From: Giardia intestinalis | Lineage: Eukaryota | Direction: 5' to 3' (one strand) | Assembly (NCBI GenBank): GCA_000002435.2 | Contig: CM018793.1 | Length of the DNA stretch: 64,000 bases | Shown: positions 1-10,872 of the stretch, in pieces | Layout of the letters: the number at the start of each line of letters is the position of its first letter | Numbering within the stretch: position 1 is the stretch's first letter | Translations under genes and position numbers: made by a program | The notes under the pieces: model-generated | Told to the model about the DNA's origin: nothing | What the model saw: the letters and a program-made list of their open reading frames with translations, nothing else | The model's database searches: none

Positions 1-126
1 CTTGCAGATTTCCAGTGAGCCTATGTCGGATCAGCAAGCCCGTAAGTTCAATGAGTGCTCGTCTACACTAGCAGACTTCCTAGACAGATCTATACGTTAC
101 CTGAGTGATCTATTCAGTATTCATTA
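1..126 (+). CDS. Partial 3' end of an upstream + strand gene. Frame 2 is open from the window edge to TAA at 124-126 (...LQISSEPMSDQQARKFNECSSTLADFLDRSIRYLSDLFSIH*). Product unknown.
   Basis: Open frame running off the left edge and ending in a stop; no motif recognised. Confidence 0.2.
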
Positions 127-161
127 AGCAACAAGCCAGTGAAATGCAGAGTGATGGGTCC

Positions 162-2018
162 TCATACTCGGATGCGACACTCTGTTCCTGTGACGTCTCC
201 TATAGGTGTGTAAAGGCTTAAGCTGCTTATATTTTCTCCATATATGCTCTTGCTTGAGGCAACCATCCCGTGAGACACATCTACTCCGTAAATCTCCTTC
301 AGGATTATGAGTAGCCTCCACACGCACGTACTCTTTGGTAAAAGGATCTTCCTAGGACTTTTCTGTTTGGAATGGTGAGGCTCTAACAGAGTAATTTCAA
401 TCAGCTTTCCACGGTATCTTCTTTCCACACTTGATAACTCCCTGTCTTCTTGCTCATCATTCCAATCACTTATCCCCTTTATTCCTTCCTCTCTTATCTC
501 AGGCACAGACTCCAATAGATGCTTAATCCTACTTCCAGGTAATTGCAGGTCATGTTTACGTAAAAGAACAGAGACTTCTGAGGACTCCTTCCAATGCTTT
601 CGGAGATCATCTCCACTAAGTTTCATGGCACCGATAAACCAAATGGAAATGTAAAATCGCTCCTCTGAACTTATGTCTTCGGCAGACAATGGTATCCAGT
701 TGAGGACCTTGAGCTGTGGGCCCAGCACAGCAACGGCATAGGCCTTATGTTCTTTTCGTGGAACAGGTGCGCCGTTCACGTGGATCTCCTCATATATAAC
801 ATCCTCTATTAGTGGGCAAAGCTTGTGCATCAATCGTAGGAGGCTAATATCCAAGCTTCTTCCAGAAAGGTTGAGTGTCGTAAGACTTTGAAATGTATGT
901 AAGTAACTGCATTGCATAGAGGCCTCAATCATACACTTCTGCAGGCAATTAAGCTCTGAATGCTTTGTGTCTGCGCAAAGACTTAAATGTTTAAGCTTTG
1001 GAAATGCTCTAGCCATGGCCACCAATACTTCGGAAAGGGGCTGACTAAAGCTAGAGGTTGCAGACAATTGCAAGAGATCTTGGTGCCTAATCCAGGAAAT
1101 GTCTTTAGGTGAAAGAGCCCAAAAGTCAACGTGTAACTCAGTCAAGTTGGGTAGATAGAGCAGAGCTCTGAGGGAAAGGCCAGTAATACATGTATTAGTG
1201 GCGGTGGTATTGGCATCATGCTCTGGTCTGTGCTTCTGGGCATTAGTATAGATAGCGAACTGGCGTTTTCTACGCCTAAGTTGATGTAATATTCTTACAA
1301 ATTCTTGACGCTTGCTGGGAACACAAGTAGACATGTCTGCATTTGAATTTCTGGCTCTGTCTGGCTTGGTCTCAAACAGCTCATGCCATTTAACGTTGCA
1401 TCCATTCACCAAGATAACTTCAAGAGATGGAATTGCACACAGTAGGGTAAGCACACTAATAGGATCGTTGAGCAATGTAAATGAAAGTTCGAGAAAGCGA
1501 AGGTTAGCTAGGCGCGAAAATACAGAGAGGTCGCCTGTACTGGTTAGGTGCCCGACGTCATATCCTTGAAGATCGATGTCTGTTAGGTTTTCCAGATGTT
1601 GATGGTACTTATCAAGCTTGTCTTGCCCATAGAAGTGCACCCGAGTGTCTCGAATACCATCGGTAACGAACATCGTTTCTAGGCCGTTGACTTCGCGGCC
1701 TGTAACATATCGGTCCAGAATGGCATCCCATAAACTCGTTGCTGGGATAAGCCTTTTTACATGAACAAATGACCCATATAAAGGTGCACAATTGAAGTAG
1801 CGAGTCCCCTGGTATTCTCCGTCGTATTTCCCGACGGACGAATCCCACTCTACCCCACAATAGTTACTGCTCTGTTCCTTAATAGGTCCAACGTATCGTA
1901 TCGTCCCCATCTGTTCTGGATGCTCGCTGTGCCGTACTCTCTGGCTCACAAAGAGTGAGTCATTGGCCAAGGACATTTCCAGTGTCAAAAGTCTAAAACT
2001 TTTATAAAGATAGAGCAT
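162..2018 (-). CDS. TBCE: Tubulin-folding cofactor E-like protein: N-terminal CAP-Gly domain followed by leucine-rich repeats.
   Basis: N-terminal segment YCGVEWDSSVGKYDGEYQGTRYFNCAPLYGSFVHVKRL matches the CAP-Gly signature (GVEWD...GKxDG...GTRYF.C...GSF) and aligns with human TBCE. It is followed by LxxLxL-type repeats (LSGRSLDISLLRL, LNLSG...). ATG start at 2016-2018; 618 aa. Confidence 0.6.
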   Translation of the reverse strand: MLYLYKSFRLLTLEMSLANDSLFVSQRVRHSEHPEQMGTIRYVGPIKEQSSNYCGVEWDSSVGKYDGEYQGTRYFNCAPLYGSFVHVKRLIPATSLWDAILDRYVTGREVNGLETMFVTDGIRDTRVHFYGQDKLDKYHQHLENLTDIDLQGYDVGHLTSTGDLSVFSRLANLRFLELSFTLLNDPISVLTLLCAIPSLEVILVNGCNVKWHELFETKPDRARNSNADMSTCVPSKRQEFVRILHQLRRRKRQFAIYTNAQKHRPEHDANTTATNTCITGLSLRALLYLPNLTELHVDFWALSPKDISWIRHQDLLQLSATSSFSQPLSEVLVAMARAFPKLKHLSLCADTKHSELNCLQKCMIEASMQCSYLHTFQSLTTLNLSGRSLDISLLRLMHKLCPLIEDVIYEEIHVNGAPVPRKEHKAYAVAVLGPQLKVLNWIPLSAEDISSEERFYISIWFIGAMKLSGDDLRKHWKESSEVSVLLRKHDLQLPGSRIKHLLESVPEIREEGIKGISDWNDEQEDRELSSVERRYRGKLIEITLLEPHHSKQKSPRKILLPKSTCVWRLLIILKEIYGVDVSHGMVASSKSIYGENISSLSLYTPIGDVTGTECRIRV

Positions 2019-2177
2019 ACCATGCGGCCTTCGATAGAAGCTATCCCATTGGTGTTAATTATAAGTGAATATTAGGGCCTGAATTAGAGCGCTTATCCAA
2101 GCATCTGAGCTGACATAGCGTTCAGGGATCCTAAAGCATTTGTCAAAATTTCTAAATTTTAACAAGGCAGAGAGCAT

Positions 2178-5100
2178 ATGCCCCAAGTGCTAAGCGCCCA
2201 GGACTGGTTCCTGGCCGTGGACTCTAAAAATCACGCGGGAATTCGCGAGGGGCTTCGTAGATTTGCAGGAATTAGGGACGAGTTGGGAGATACAGCGCTC
2301 ATGCACGCCGCACGTTCAGGGGACTTAGCTGCCGTTAAAATTCTAGTGGACTATGAGAATTCTCTACTAAATTCAGTACAGCAAACTGCTCTCATCCAAG
2401 CCATCCTACAAGAACAGGTCAATGTAGTACGGTTCCTGCGGCCATATGAGAGTCACATTAACACTTCTGATAATCGCACGCCATTCATGGTTGCTGCCAG
2501 TGCTGGATGCAGTCAATCGTTGGCCATTTTGACCCATTATTTTGATCTTTCTACAAATCCAAATGGATTGACAGCGCTAGATTATGCCGTTTTGGGAAAC
2601 AATCTCGGTTGTACAAAGATTATTATAGAAACACAAGATGTGACACTAGATCAGGTAGATTACGCACTACAATTGTCTGAAAGCCAGCATAACAGAGAGC
2701 TATGCATGTACTTATCATCTGTTAAGCAATACATAAAGCAAAAGCTGCAGGGACGTGGCGTTTCGGGGCGAAAGCAGTTGTTCTGTATACCAACAAATGA
2801 GCTGCAAGAAATGGGGACAGTTTTGGACAAGGTAGTTAAAACACGTGTAGAAAGTGCTAGGCGTCCATCATCTGCTAAGGCTTCGCTCACAGTACACGTT
2901 CCACGTAGTAGAGCCCTGGATTCCTCTGCAGACCCACCGCAGCCAACGCTCTCTGCTCTCCAGACAACTCGGAATTCCTCTAAAATTCGGCTTCCAGTAG
3001 TAGGGCCATCTCTCACTCACGGGAAATCGGGATCGGTGGCCAAGTTTCTCCCAAGCGTTGTGCCTTCATCAGCTGTCAGTTCCTTTCTTCAAGCTCAGGC
3101 TCAGGCACAGACCCAATTGGTGGGGAGTGGAGTTAATGCATCTCTACTTTCCTCTAGCTCTGGAGGGAAGAGGTCATCACGCCCGTCATCTGCTAGAGCC
3201 GCGTCACGTCCAGGATCTGCACAGAAGTCACACAGTGTGCACAAGAAGACGAAAGAGCACAGAGAGAGTAGCTCAAGGCATAAGTACGATAGCACACACT
3301 CTAGAGATTACAGAGAATCGGATGCCATGACACTGATAACATCTCTAAATAAAGAGCTGAGCGTTAAAACATATGAGAATCTCCAGCTCGAAAAGGAAAA
3401 CGAAGATCTTAAGAAGACTATCGCCATACTCAGATCCAGTGGCCATTCTTCCGATGAAATGACTTCCCAGATGGATGCGCTGAAACGACAACTTGAGCGA
3501 CAAGATCGCATAATATTAGAATTAGAAGCCTCAAACAAAAGTCTAATGTTATCACAGAAGCATGACGAGTCAGTAGTGAATCCACCAGATCACATGGGAG
3601 TATTAAAAGATGAGTTTAGACAACAGTGCCTTGCCATTCACGAAAAGATCATTGAAATTTCTCAAATTCTTACTACAAGAAGGCAGGATCTTGCAGCACT
3701 TTATTCTTCTGCTTCTGGGCTCACTGTGGATAGTCTCTCCACAGACACCCCTATCAGTGCGTCTAAAGCTAATCTTGTACCACTAACAGATAACCTATTA
3801 TCTATGAGCAGTTCGTTACTGCAGGCACTTGGACTAAAATCCAATGATCGGGCATCTTTTGGCAATGCTCCAGCTGAAGCCCATACAGCAGAAGAGTCCC
3901 ACGCAACATCTAGCACAATGGAACCTAACTTATCACAAAACCAGCAGCTTTCCAGCCTAACAGCAGAGAATCAAGAATTGAAAACAAGATGTATAGAACT
4001 CCTAGAGTCTCTTACAATGGCACAGAGCGAGGTGGCACGACTATCTAGCCTGCAAGCTGATAACGATGTGACGCAGATATCTGAGCTTGTTGATATGAAG
4101 AATAGCCAGATAGGAGAGCTACGGAAAAGAAATGAAGCTCTTGAAAGTACAACTGCGGAAGTCCAGAATTTGTACAATGAACTAAAGGAACGCTATATGC
4201 ACGAGACTGCAGAACACAATACGCTTAAGAAGCTTCATGAAGTAACCGAGCGGGAGCTGGAAGAAACACGGAAAGCACTTGCAGGAAAGAATACAACCAT
4301 TAATAGTCTGATAAAACGAATGGCCACTCTCAGAGCAGAAGCAGAGGCTACTGGGGCTTCTGCGACGCATCAGGGTCATGGAGTTTCTGGTCTAACAGAT
4401 TGTTCTCTGGATCACATATTCTATGAGTCCTCATTGGCCACTGATGCACTATCCACAGAGAACAATCAGCAACCTCAGTCTACTTCATACACTAATGTAC
4501 CGATAGAGTTTCAATCTAAGCCAGAGCAGGATGCACCAGCTGTCTATCTTCGAACTGGAAATAGTAATGTTGCTGAGGCTTATGAGCACGCGCCTATAGA
4601 GTGTCAATCGCCAGTCAAGCCAGAAGGCCAACACCAGAAGCTTACTGGCTCGCCGTTTCCATTAGAAACAGAACATTGTCATTCTGTAACAACAGAGGTG
4701 ACACCCCTTATGAAAGCGATAGTTGAAGGAAATGCTCGGGGTGTTGGTTCTAGTCTGAAGTATCTACAAAAAACACTTCCCGATGGGACTACTGCATTAA
4801 TGCTAGCTGTACAATATGGAAGACAGAGCTTTATCAAGTATCTGCTGGAGAAAGAAGCAAGAATGCACCGATCTGATGGCGTAACAGCTCTTCAACTGGC
4901 CGTCGAATCTGGAAACGTACTTGCTATAACCGCCCTTGAAGACTATGAGGCGCCCCCTTTACCAGATGTGCCCACAGATGATGGTCGCTACACAGAGCTC
5001 ATGCAAGCAATCGAGGAGAATCGTCTGCTAGATGCTTGGAGCTTATCTAGGGTTCAGGCTGGCCTCCGTGATCCACTAGGTCGGACCGCGTTGATGCTTG

Positions 5101-5264
5101 CAGCTCAGCGTGGTTCTGTGTCCGCAATTCGCTTTTTGGTCGACAGTGAAGCACAGTTCCGAGACCACCATGGTCTAAGTGCCCTAGACTATGCACAGAA
5201 ATGCTTCAATCAAACAGCACGAGCAACCTGCATTACTATTCTTCAGAAGCATATTCATTCATAG
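2178..5264 (+). CDS. Ankyrin-repeat + coiled-coil protein, Giardia 'Protein 21.1' family.
   Basis: N-terminal WF..AV motif and ankyrin repeats (GDTALMHAARSGDLAAVKILV; GLTALDYAVLGNN). Long heptad-like Q/E/L/K-rich central segment. C-terminal ankyrin repeats (GTTALMLAVQYGRQSFIKYLL; GRTALMLAAQRGSVSAIRFLV). 1028 aa. Confidence 0.8.
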   Translation: MPQVLSAQDWFLAVDSKNHAGIREGLRRFAGIRDELGDTALMHAARSGDLAAVKILVDYENSLLNSVQQTALIQAILQEQVNVVRFLRPYESHINTSDNRTPFMVAASAGCSQSLAILTHYFDLSTNPNGLTALDYAVLGNNLGCTKIIIETQDVTLDQVDYALQLSESQHNRELCMYLSSVKQYIKQKLQGRGVSGRKQLFCIPTNELQEMGTVLDKVVKTRVESARRPSSAKASLTVHVPRSRALDSSADPPQPTLSALQTTRNSSKIRLPVVGPSLTHGKSGSVAKFLPSVVPSSAVSSFLQAQAQAQTQLVGSGVNASLLSSSSGGKRSSRPSSARAASRPGSAQKSHSVHKKTKEHRESSSRHKYDSTHSRDYRESDAMTLITSLNKELSVKTYENLQLEKENEDLKKTIAILRSSGHSSDEMTSQMDALKRQLERQDRIILELEASNKSLMLSQKHDESVVNPPDHMGVLKDEFRQQCLAIHEKIIEISQILTTRRQDLAALYSSASGLTVDSLSTDTPISASKANLVPLTDNLLSMSSSLLQALGLKSNDRASFGNAPAEAHTAEESHATSSTMEPNLSQNQQLSSLTAENQELKTRCIELLESLTMAQSEVARLSSLQADNDVTQISELVDMKNSQIGELRKRNEALESTTAEVQNLYNELKERYMHETAEHNTLKKLHEVTERELEETRKALAGKNTTINSLIKRMATLRAEAEATGASATHQGHGVSGLTDCSLDHIFYESSLATDALSTENNQQPQSTSYTNVPIEFQSKPEQDAPAVYLRTGNSNVAEAYEHAPIECQSPVKPEGQHQKLTGSPFPLETEHCHSVTTEVTPLMKAIVEGNARGVGSSLKYLQKTLPDGTTALMLAVQYGRQSFIKYLLEKEARMHRSDGVTALQLAVESGNVLAITALEDYEAPPLPDVPTDDGRYTELMQAIEENRLLDAWSLSRVQAGLRDPLGRTALMLAAQRGSVSAIRFLVDSEAQFRDHHGLSALDYAQKCFNQTARATCITILQKHIHS

Positions 5265-5555
5265 GCATAACTTTCCAGTTTTATTTCGGGCTTCGCTTAT
5301 GTCTTGAAGGCTTCATTTTTACATATTACATTAAACGTATCGGATTGGATAATTTATTAAAAGTTTAAATTGCTATCTGTGCCCGCATCCTGTGTAATGT
5401 AGAATTATCGTTATACTGATTGCTTAGGGATGAAGACCTGCAGGTGCTCAGATCCCATATTTTGGTGAATACGTTTGGAGAAAAGCCTACCTAGGAGCTG
5501 TTGTAGACATGTAAATTCTACCTCAAAAAAGAGCTCATTACTCAGTGGGATTTGG

Positions 5556-8357
5556 ATGATTTCCGTATGGTTCGGAGCCGCTCAGCGCGGAGATGTAGCT
5601 GTCATTAAAGAACTCTTGCAGGTGCATGTTCGAACGGTTGAGGAAAATGGGAATACAGCCCTTATGCTTGCAACCCGCAACGGGCATTCCAATATCTGTC
5701 AAATCCTATCTTCGTATGAAGCAGGAATGCGCAACACTGAGGGAATGACGGCCCTGATGATGGCTGCAGTTGCAAATAACGCAGAGCTTTGTGACATTCT
5801 TGCTCCATTAGAGTGGCCGCTAACTCTTTCAGATGGAAAAGACGCTCTCATTTTAGCGGCAGAGCTAGGAAACGCCTATGCCCTCACGGTGCTCTCTGCC
5901 CATGCCGATCTTATCCAGGATGCTTCTGGACATACTGCACTAGATTATGCTGCCCTGCACGACAATATTGCATGTGTCAGGACCATAGTAGAAACACAGA
6001 GGTTATCGACGGGCCAAATAGACTCCGCTATTGAAAAAGCAGAACGGACTAAGAGCACTAGTGTCGTTGACTATCTAGTAACCACTCGACTAGCAATGAA
6101 GAGCAAATCGAAGGACGAGACAGACGTCAAGATACGAGAGTTGGAGCGTGCTGTTGCTTCTTTGCAACTCTGTTTTGCAGAGCGAGAGAACCGCGAATTT
6201 GGTGTACCAAGGTCTGATGCAGCGTGCACAGGTAACTTACCCCCGCGTTCACTTTCTCAACTGGCTGCGCCAAAAAGCTCTATTCCAGAGACAGATATTA
6301 AACTGACAGAACTATTAGAGGAAAACAAAAGGCTCAAGAAGCGGCTAGCAGCATCAATGGACCAATCCACATCGATAGCATCTCAAGTAGTTTCAGGCAA
6401 TGAATCCGACGAGGTAAAGCTTTTGTACAAGGAGTTAGAGTCAGCGGCGACCATTATGAGGGACTATGAGGCGCGCATCGATGACCTCACTTCAACGTTG
6501 AGAGAGCGTGATATGACAATACTTCAGCTGCGCACCTCCCAACTCCGGTTAGTGTCTGCAGATCCAGTTGCTGCAGAGGCAAATTTCTTCTCTTCTGGAC
6601 TTGACTCTTTTCACAGTTCTACAAGAAGTGGAAAACCTCTCGAGACTCCTAAGAAGCGTGCATTTTCTGCTATTAAAAAGTCATTCTGTGGATCAGGACG
6701 TGATGGCCGCTCTCGGTCACGTTCAAAATCTGTAAGAGGAAGCTCTCTTATTCTAGACGATGGCTGCCATAATGCCTCCCTTGGTACTGATTGCACTGGC
6801 CGTGCATCATGCACGATCTGTGGATCCACAAAACTCATGACCATTATTGATAACCTCAAGCTTACAGTCTCAGAGTACGAATCAATACAGGCTTGTATGC
6901 AGGCGCAAGTGGATGAAATAACTAGATTGACTGATGAATTGAACGGATATCATAATGTTAATATTTGTAGCAACATGCCTTCACCGACTAACTCTCATTA
7001 CCAAATGGCTTTGCAGCAACCAGCATCAAACACGTGTTCTCAACAAACAGTCTTAGACATGGAAGCACTAGACACTCTTCTCGTCAATCTTGATTTGTCT
7101 AACACAGAAGAAAAAAAGGCAATGAATCTATGGAACATCGTGTTTCAGAAAACACTAGAGCTCACATCGGACGATACAAGGAAAATGGTTGTCAGAAATT
7201 TACTCATAGCATTAAATAAGGACCTAGTTAAGTGCACTCAATCCTCAGTAGGATCACTGGACAATGAGTCTGACCAGCAGCTAACGTGTCAGTGCTTTAA
7301 AAGACAACAAGCATTCCTTCCTCTCTTTGGATATCTACCCGATCAATACATAAGGTACATTACTAACCTATACCAGTACGCACAGAGTTTGGAAAAGCTA
7401 ACTACACAGAGTAGTAAGAGCTGTACAACGTCGGCAGTCTCCGACACTTTAAGAGAATGCCAGCAAGAACACCCGGACGAAGCATCCAACTTGCAGATAA
7501 AAGACGATCTCTTTGACGGCAGAAACTCCTTGGAAATCTCATCTCTCAAGGACAAGGTTAGATTTGCAGACGCAGAAGCCGTAGTACTTGACGAGTCCAT
7601 CAGTCACAGCCTGAGCATGCCTACATTACTTGCTGATAACACACAGACATCAACCTTTGCTGTTGCACACGCACGACCCACCACACCTGCTTCAGTTATC
7701 CAACCAGAGGACTCCGTTGATACATTAGCGGGAAGCCTGCCCAATATACTCGACGGGATGACAGATGATGATTACAACCCATTGATGCGCGCTATCAAAA
7801 CGAATAATCTCCGTGAGATAGGCACAACTCTACGTTACGCCGGTGAGAGTTTATCAGATGGTAGTACAGCTCTTATGTTGGCGGCAGAACACAACTGTAT
7901 CGTTGCTGTTAAGTACTTACTTTCTGTAGAAGCAAAAAGGGTGCGGTCAGATGGGAAGGTCGCCTTGGATATAGCTTTAGAGAAGGGGCATTATAAGATA
8001 GCTGAGCTATTGAGCGCAGAGTGCCTAGATGTTTCCGCATACTCCCGAGAATCCGGACGCGTAACTGAATTAATGACTGCCGTCTTGGACGGCGACATGA
8101 AGCTCGCGTGGAGTTTGATCCCCCTACAGGCTGGTCTTCAAGACGAAGAGGGGAGGACCGCGCTAATGTACGCTATAACCGAGGGGAAAATGAATATGGT
8201 ACAAATGCTTATCCCTTACGAACACGGGATTATAGACAAAGAAGGCCGGAACATACACGACTTTATAAAGCTCTTCATCAATGATCGCTCACTCATAAGC
8301 CAACTGGAGACATCCCTACTCCGTTGTTCTTTGCGCACAAATTCTCGAGTGCAATAG
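5556..8357 (+). CDS. Ankyrin-repeat + coiled-coil protein, Protein 21.1 family. The ORF is open from 5475, but the family-typical N-terminus MISVWFGAAQRGDVAVIKELL begins at the ATG at 5556.
   Basis: Ankyrin repeats at both ends (GNTALMLATRNGHSNICQIL; GSTALMLAAEHNCIVAVKYLL; GRTALMYAITEGKMNMVQML) with a coiled-coil middle. Confidence 0.75.
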   Translation: MISVWFGAAQRGDVAVIKELLQVHVRTVEENGNTALMLATRNGHSNICQILSSYEAGMRNTEGMTALMMAAVANNAELCDILAPLEWPLTLSDGKDALILAAELGNAYALTVLSAHADLIQDASGHTALDYAALHDNIACVRTIVETQRLSTGQIDSAIEKAERTKSTSVVDYLVTTRLAMKSKSKDETDVKIRELERAVASLQLCFAERENREFGVPRSDAACTGNLPPRSLSQLAAPKSSIPETDIKLTELLEENKRLKKRLAASMDQSTSIASQVVSGNESDEVKLLYKELESAATIMRDYEARIDDLTSTLRERDMTILQLRTSQLRLVSADPVAAEANFFSSGLDSFHSSTRSGKPLETPKKRAFSAIKKSFCGSGRDGRSRSRSKSVRGSSLILDDGCHNASLGTDCTGRASCTICGSTKLMTIIDNLKLTVSEYESIQACMQAQVDEITRLTDELNGYHNVNICSNMPSPTNSHYQMALQQPASNTCSQQTVLDMEALDTLLVNLDLSNTEEKKAMNLWNIVFQKTLELTSDDTRKMVVRNLLIALNKDLVKCTQSSVGSLDNESDQQLTCQCFKRQQAFLPLFGYLPDQYIRYITNLYQYAQSLEKLTTQSSKSCTTSAVSDTLRECQQEHPDEASNLQIKDDLFDGRNSLEISSLKDKVRFADAEAVVLDESISHSLSMPTLLADNTQTSTFAVAHARPTTPASVIQPEDSVDTLAGSLPNILDGMTDDDYNPLMRAIKTNNLREIGTTLRYAGESLSDGSTALMLAAEHNCIVAVKYLLSVEAKRVRSDGKVALDIALEKGHYKIAELLSAECLDVSAYSRESGRVTELMTAVLDGDMKLAWSLIPLQAGLQDEEGRTALMYAITEGKMNMVQMLIPYEHGIIDKEGRNIHDFIKLFINDRSLISQLETSLLRCSLRTNSRVQ

Positions 8358-8427
8358 CTGCATGCATAATTTTAGAGTTTCCCGCGTTAAAAAATCCATT
8401 AAATTCCGCCAATGTGGAAAATTTAAA

Positions 8428-10872
8428 ATGTTCAAGATCAAGGACTCCGACAGCTGGTTTTCTGCGGTCTCCGAAGGGAAGGCGAAGCTCGTTGCAGCGT
8501 CGGCCAAGTCCTTCAAGGGTTTTCGTAATGAGAACCAAGAAACTGCTCTCATCCTAGCAGCGAAGCTCAACCATCCGGATATTGTTGAAGCCTTAGCTGT
8601 GCACGAGGCGAGGCACACAGACAGCAATGGATATACTGCGCTTATGTGGGCAGCTAAGAACGGAGACGCCAGAATGGTCCGGGCCCTCATTAATAGCGAG
8701 CGTGATATTGTCTTGCCCGATGGGCGTGATGCGCTATCCTTGGCTGCAGAGGCGGGAAATTTGGAAACCACAAATGCCCTTGTCCCCTTCTTCGAGCTCG
8801 CTAGGCCTTCTACTGGACTTTCGGCTCTTGACTATGCGGCCCGTGCAAACCATGGAGAAGTAGTTAAGGCGCTCATTGCAGAGTTCGATCCGGCTGTGCA
8901 CGTACTCGAAGCAGCACTTCGGCAGGCAGAGATTATGAACCACGGGGAGCTAGCGTCCTACCTTAGGAGTGTTGTTGACTCTAAAGCAGATGGAGTTTCC
9001 CCCATAGGCTCCGCGGGTAGTAATTTTGTCTCTCGCCTAGCAACTCCGAATACTCATTCGCCGTGTGCTAGTGTTGTTCCTTTACAGACACACGCAAGCT
9101 ATGCAGACTGCGAACGGATGGCGGCCTATGCGCACAAGCTTGAGGATGAACTTAGGGAGGAGCGCAGTAAGACGCATATCGATGCTAACCGCATTCTAGG
9201 TAAGTCATACACCGACGAGGATCTTCGCATGTACATTGCGACAATGGAGGCCAAATTGGAAGCATCGGATCGTGAGCGTGTAAAGCTGCACGCAGAGATC
9301 ATGGAGCTTCGTCGGCACTACGGAGATTCGAAGAAGGCTGGTGCAGGTGATATGAATGTGGTTTCTCGTTCTCTAACCGAGCTTCAAAAGCTTAGAAAAG
9401 AAAACTCTGACCTTCAGGATGTTATCAAGAGCCAGACTAGCCGCATAAATGGTTTGGTTGCAACTAGCAAGCGTCAGAGTGAGTTGTTGCGTAGCATTAA
9501 CAAGTCTGGTGCTGATGGAGATAGCGCAATGGGGGCGACCAAGAGTATGCGTGAGTTACATAGTCTGGAGGAAAAGTTGCAGGAAACGGACACACAGTAT
9601 ACAAAACTAAGGAAAGAGCATGGGCGTTTGCGTGGAGAGCATGAAGATCTTAAGGAAAAGTACGAGGAGGCTTGCAAAATGCTGGCCACCAAAGAAAATG
9701 GCGAAGATGCAGTAAAGACCCTGAATGCGATGGAGTCTAAGTCAAGGGCGGAGCGTCAGAGAATGAATGACACGAAAATGATGTCGCACCGAAATAGAAG
9801 TAGCGCTAGCCCGAGCCATCGTGCTTGTGCTGAGCCTAAGAGCATAATTGAATCTCCCAAACGTGGTAGTTCTTATGGAACGATGGGACCGCCTAGACGC
9901 ACCGTTAGCAGGCTGACTGAGCAGAACATTCCTGTAATTGCGCCATCTAGTGGGGATGCAGATAGTTTCGCTGCCGCATTTGATAACACGTTGTCGAAGA
10001 CTCCAAAGGACTCCACTTATAAAACAGCCGGAACATATCAGGCGATAAAGAGTTCCAAGGAAAAAGACAAGGAAATTGCCCAACTTAAGGATGAGCTTTT
10101 TAATTGCTATTCTGCAGACGAGGTTGAAAAGCTGCACCGTGTAATTGAACTCCGTGAGGCTCAACTCGCAGATGTTACAAAGGAGCGTGATGCCTTAGGT
10201 GCTTACCTGGATCGTTACAACACGTCGCAGTATAATGCGCAACAGGTGGCAGACGAGAACGACCACTTGAAGCGAAGGATTGCTGCACGCGACGAGGCCA
10301 TCCATAAGATGACACGTGAGCTTTGTACCGTGGCGCGTGCCTCTAGATCAACCATGGAGTCCAAATTGCAGGAAAAGGACCAAGAAATTGCACGACTTAA
10401 TGAGAAGATTACTGCCTTACATGATGATTATATGCGTTTGAAGAATGACCCCAATATTCCGCAGCAGACCGCGCTCGGGATCGAGTCCCGGGAGAAGTAC
10501 CTCCGGATGATCGCAGACACGGAGCAGCAGAATCACGTCTACCGGAAGCTCATCCAGGACCAGCAGGCGCAGATCGGCATGCTGGTCGCGCAGCTGGGGG
10601 CGGCCGAGAGCCAGGCGCAAGCCCTCGCTGCTGACGGGCTTCGGGGGTCGGCAACCTGGGCCCCCAGCGAGGCGCAGCCAGCTCTGGGGCCGTTCCCGCA
10701 GTGCCCGCCCCAGTCCTCTGCCCGCAGCCCTCTGGATGCCCGTCTGCAGGACGTCGAGATCCTCGAGCGGGAGCAGATGGCGGCACAAAGCGGCGCAAAG
10801 GCAGCCTCTGACCGTCCCTGGACACCACCGAGCGCAGAGGGCTGTGCGCGGCCCGCAAGCTCATACTCATAA
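8428..10872 (+). CDS. Ankyrin-repeat + coiled-coil protein (21.1-like). Its last ~137 codons (10461-10872) lie inside inverted-repeat arm A and are visibly GC-rich. The ORF is open from 8362, 5 nt after the previous stop; the AT-rich stretch ending ...aaaatttaaaATG at 8428 looks like the real start (MFKIKDSDSWFSAV...).
   Basis: WFSAV N-terminal motif. Ankyrin repeats (ETALILAAKLNHPDIVEALA; GYTALMWAAKNGDARMVRALI). Long coiled coil. C-terminal Q/A-rich tail duplicated at 21947-22357. Confidence 0.7.
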   Translation: MFKIKDSDSWFSAVSEGKAKLVAASAKSFKGFRNENQETALILAAKLNHPDIVEALAVHEARHTDSNGYTALMWAAKNGDARMVRALINSERDIVLPDGRDALSLAAEAGNLETTNALVPFFELARPSTGLSALDYAARANHGEVVKALIAEFDPAVHVLEAALRQAEIMNHGELASYLRSVVDSKADGVSPIGSAGSNFVSRLATPNTHSPCASVVPLQTHASYADCERMAAYAHKLEDELREERSKTHIDANRILGKSYTDEDLRMYIATMEAKLEASDRERVKLHAEIMELRRHYGDSKKAGAGDMNVVSRSLTELQKLRKENSDLQDVIKSQTSRINGLVATSKRQSELLRSINKSGADGDSAMGATKSMRELHSLEEKLQETDTQYTKLRKEHGRLRGEHEDLKEKYEEACKMLATKENGEDAVKTLNAMESKSRAERQRMNDTKMMSHRNRSSASPSHRACAEPKSIIESPKRGSSYGTMGPPRRTVSRLTEQNIPVIAPSSGDADSFAAAFDNTLSKTPKDSTYKTAGTYQAIKSSKEKDKEIAQLKDELFNCYSADEVEKLHRVIELREAQLADVTKERDALGAYLDRYNTSQYNAQQVADENDHLKRRIAARDEAIHKMTRELCTVARASRSTMESKLQEKDQEIARLNEKITALHDDYMRLKNDPNIPQQTALGIESREKYLRMIADTEQQNHVYRKLIQDQQAQIGMLVAQLGAAESQAQALAADGLRGSATWAPSEAQPALGPFPQCPPQSSARSPLDARLQDVEILEREQMAAQSGAKAASDRPWTPPSAEGCARPASSYS

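Noticed and set aside
8362-8427. Longer N-terminal extension of the third ankyrin gene (ORF opens at 8362, 5 nt after the previous stop); similarly 5475-5555 and 62260-62343 for two other 21.1 genes.
   Set aside because: The extensions lack the family-typical N-terminus and would leave no room for a promoter. An internal ATG preceded by an AT-rich stretch gives the conserved M...WF.A start, so I used the shorter models.
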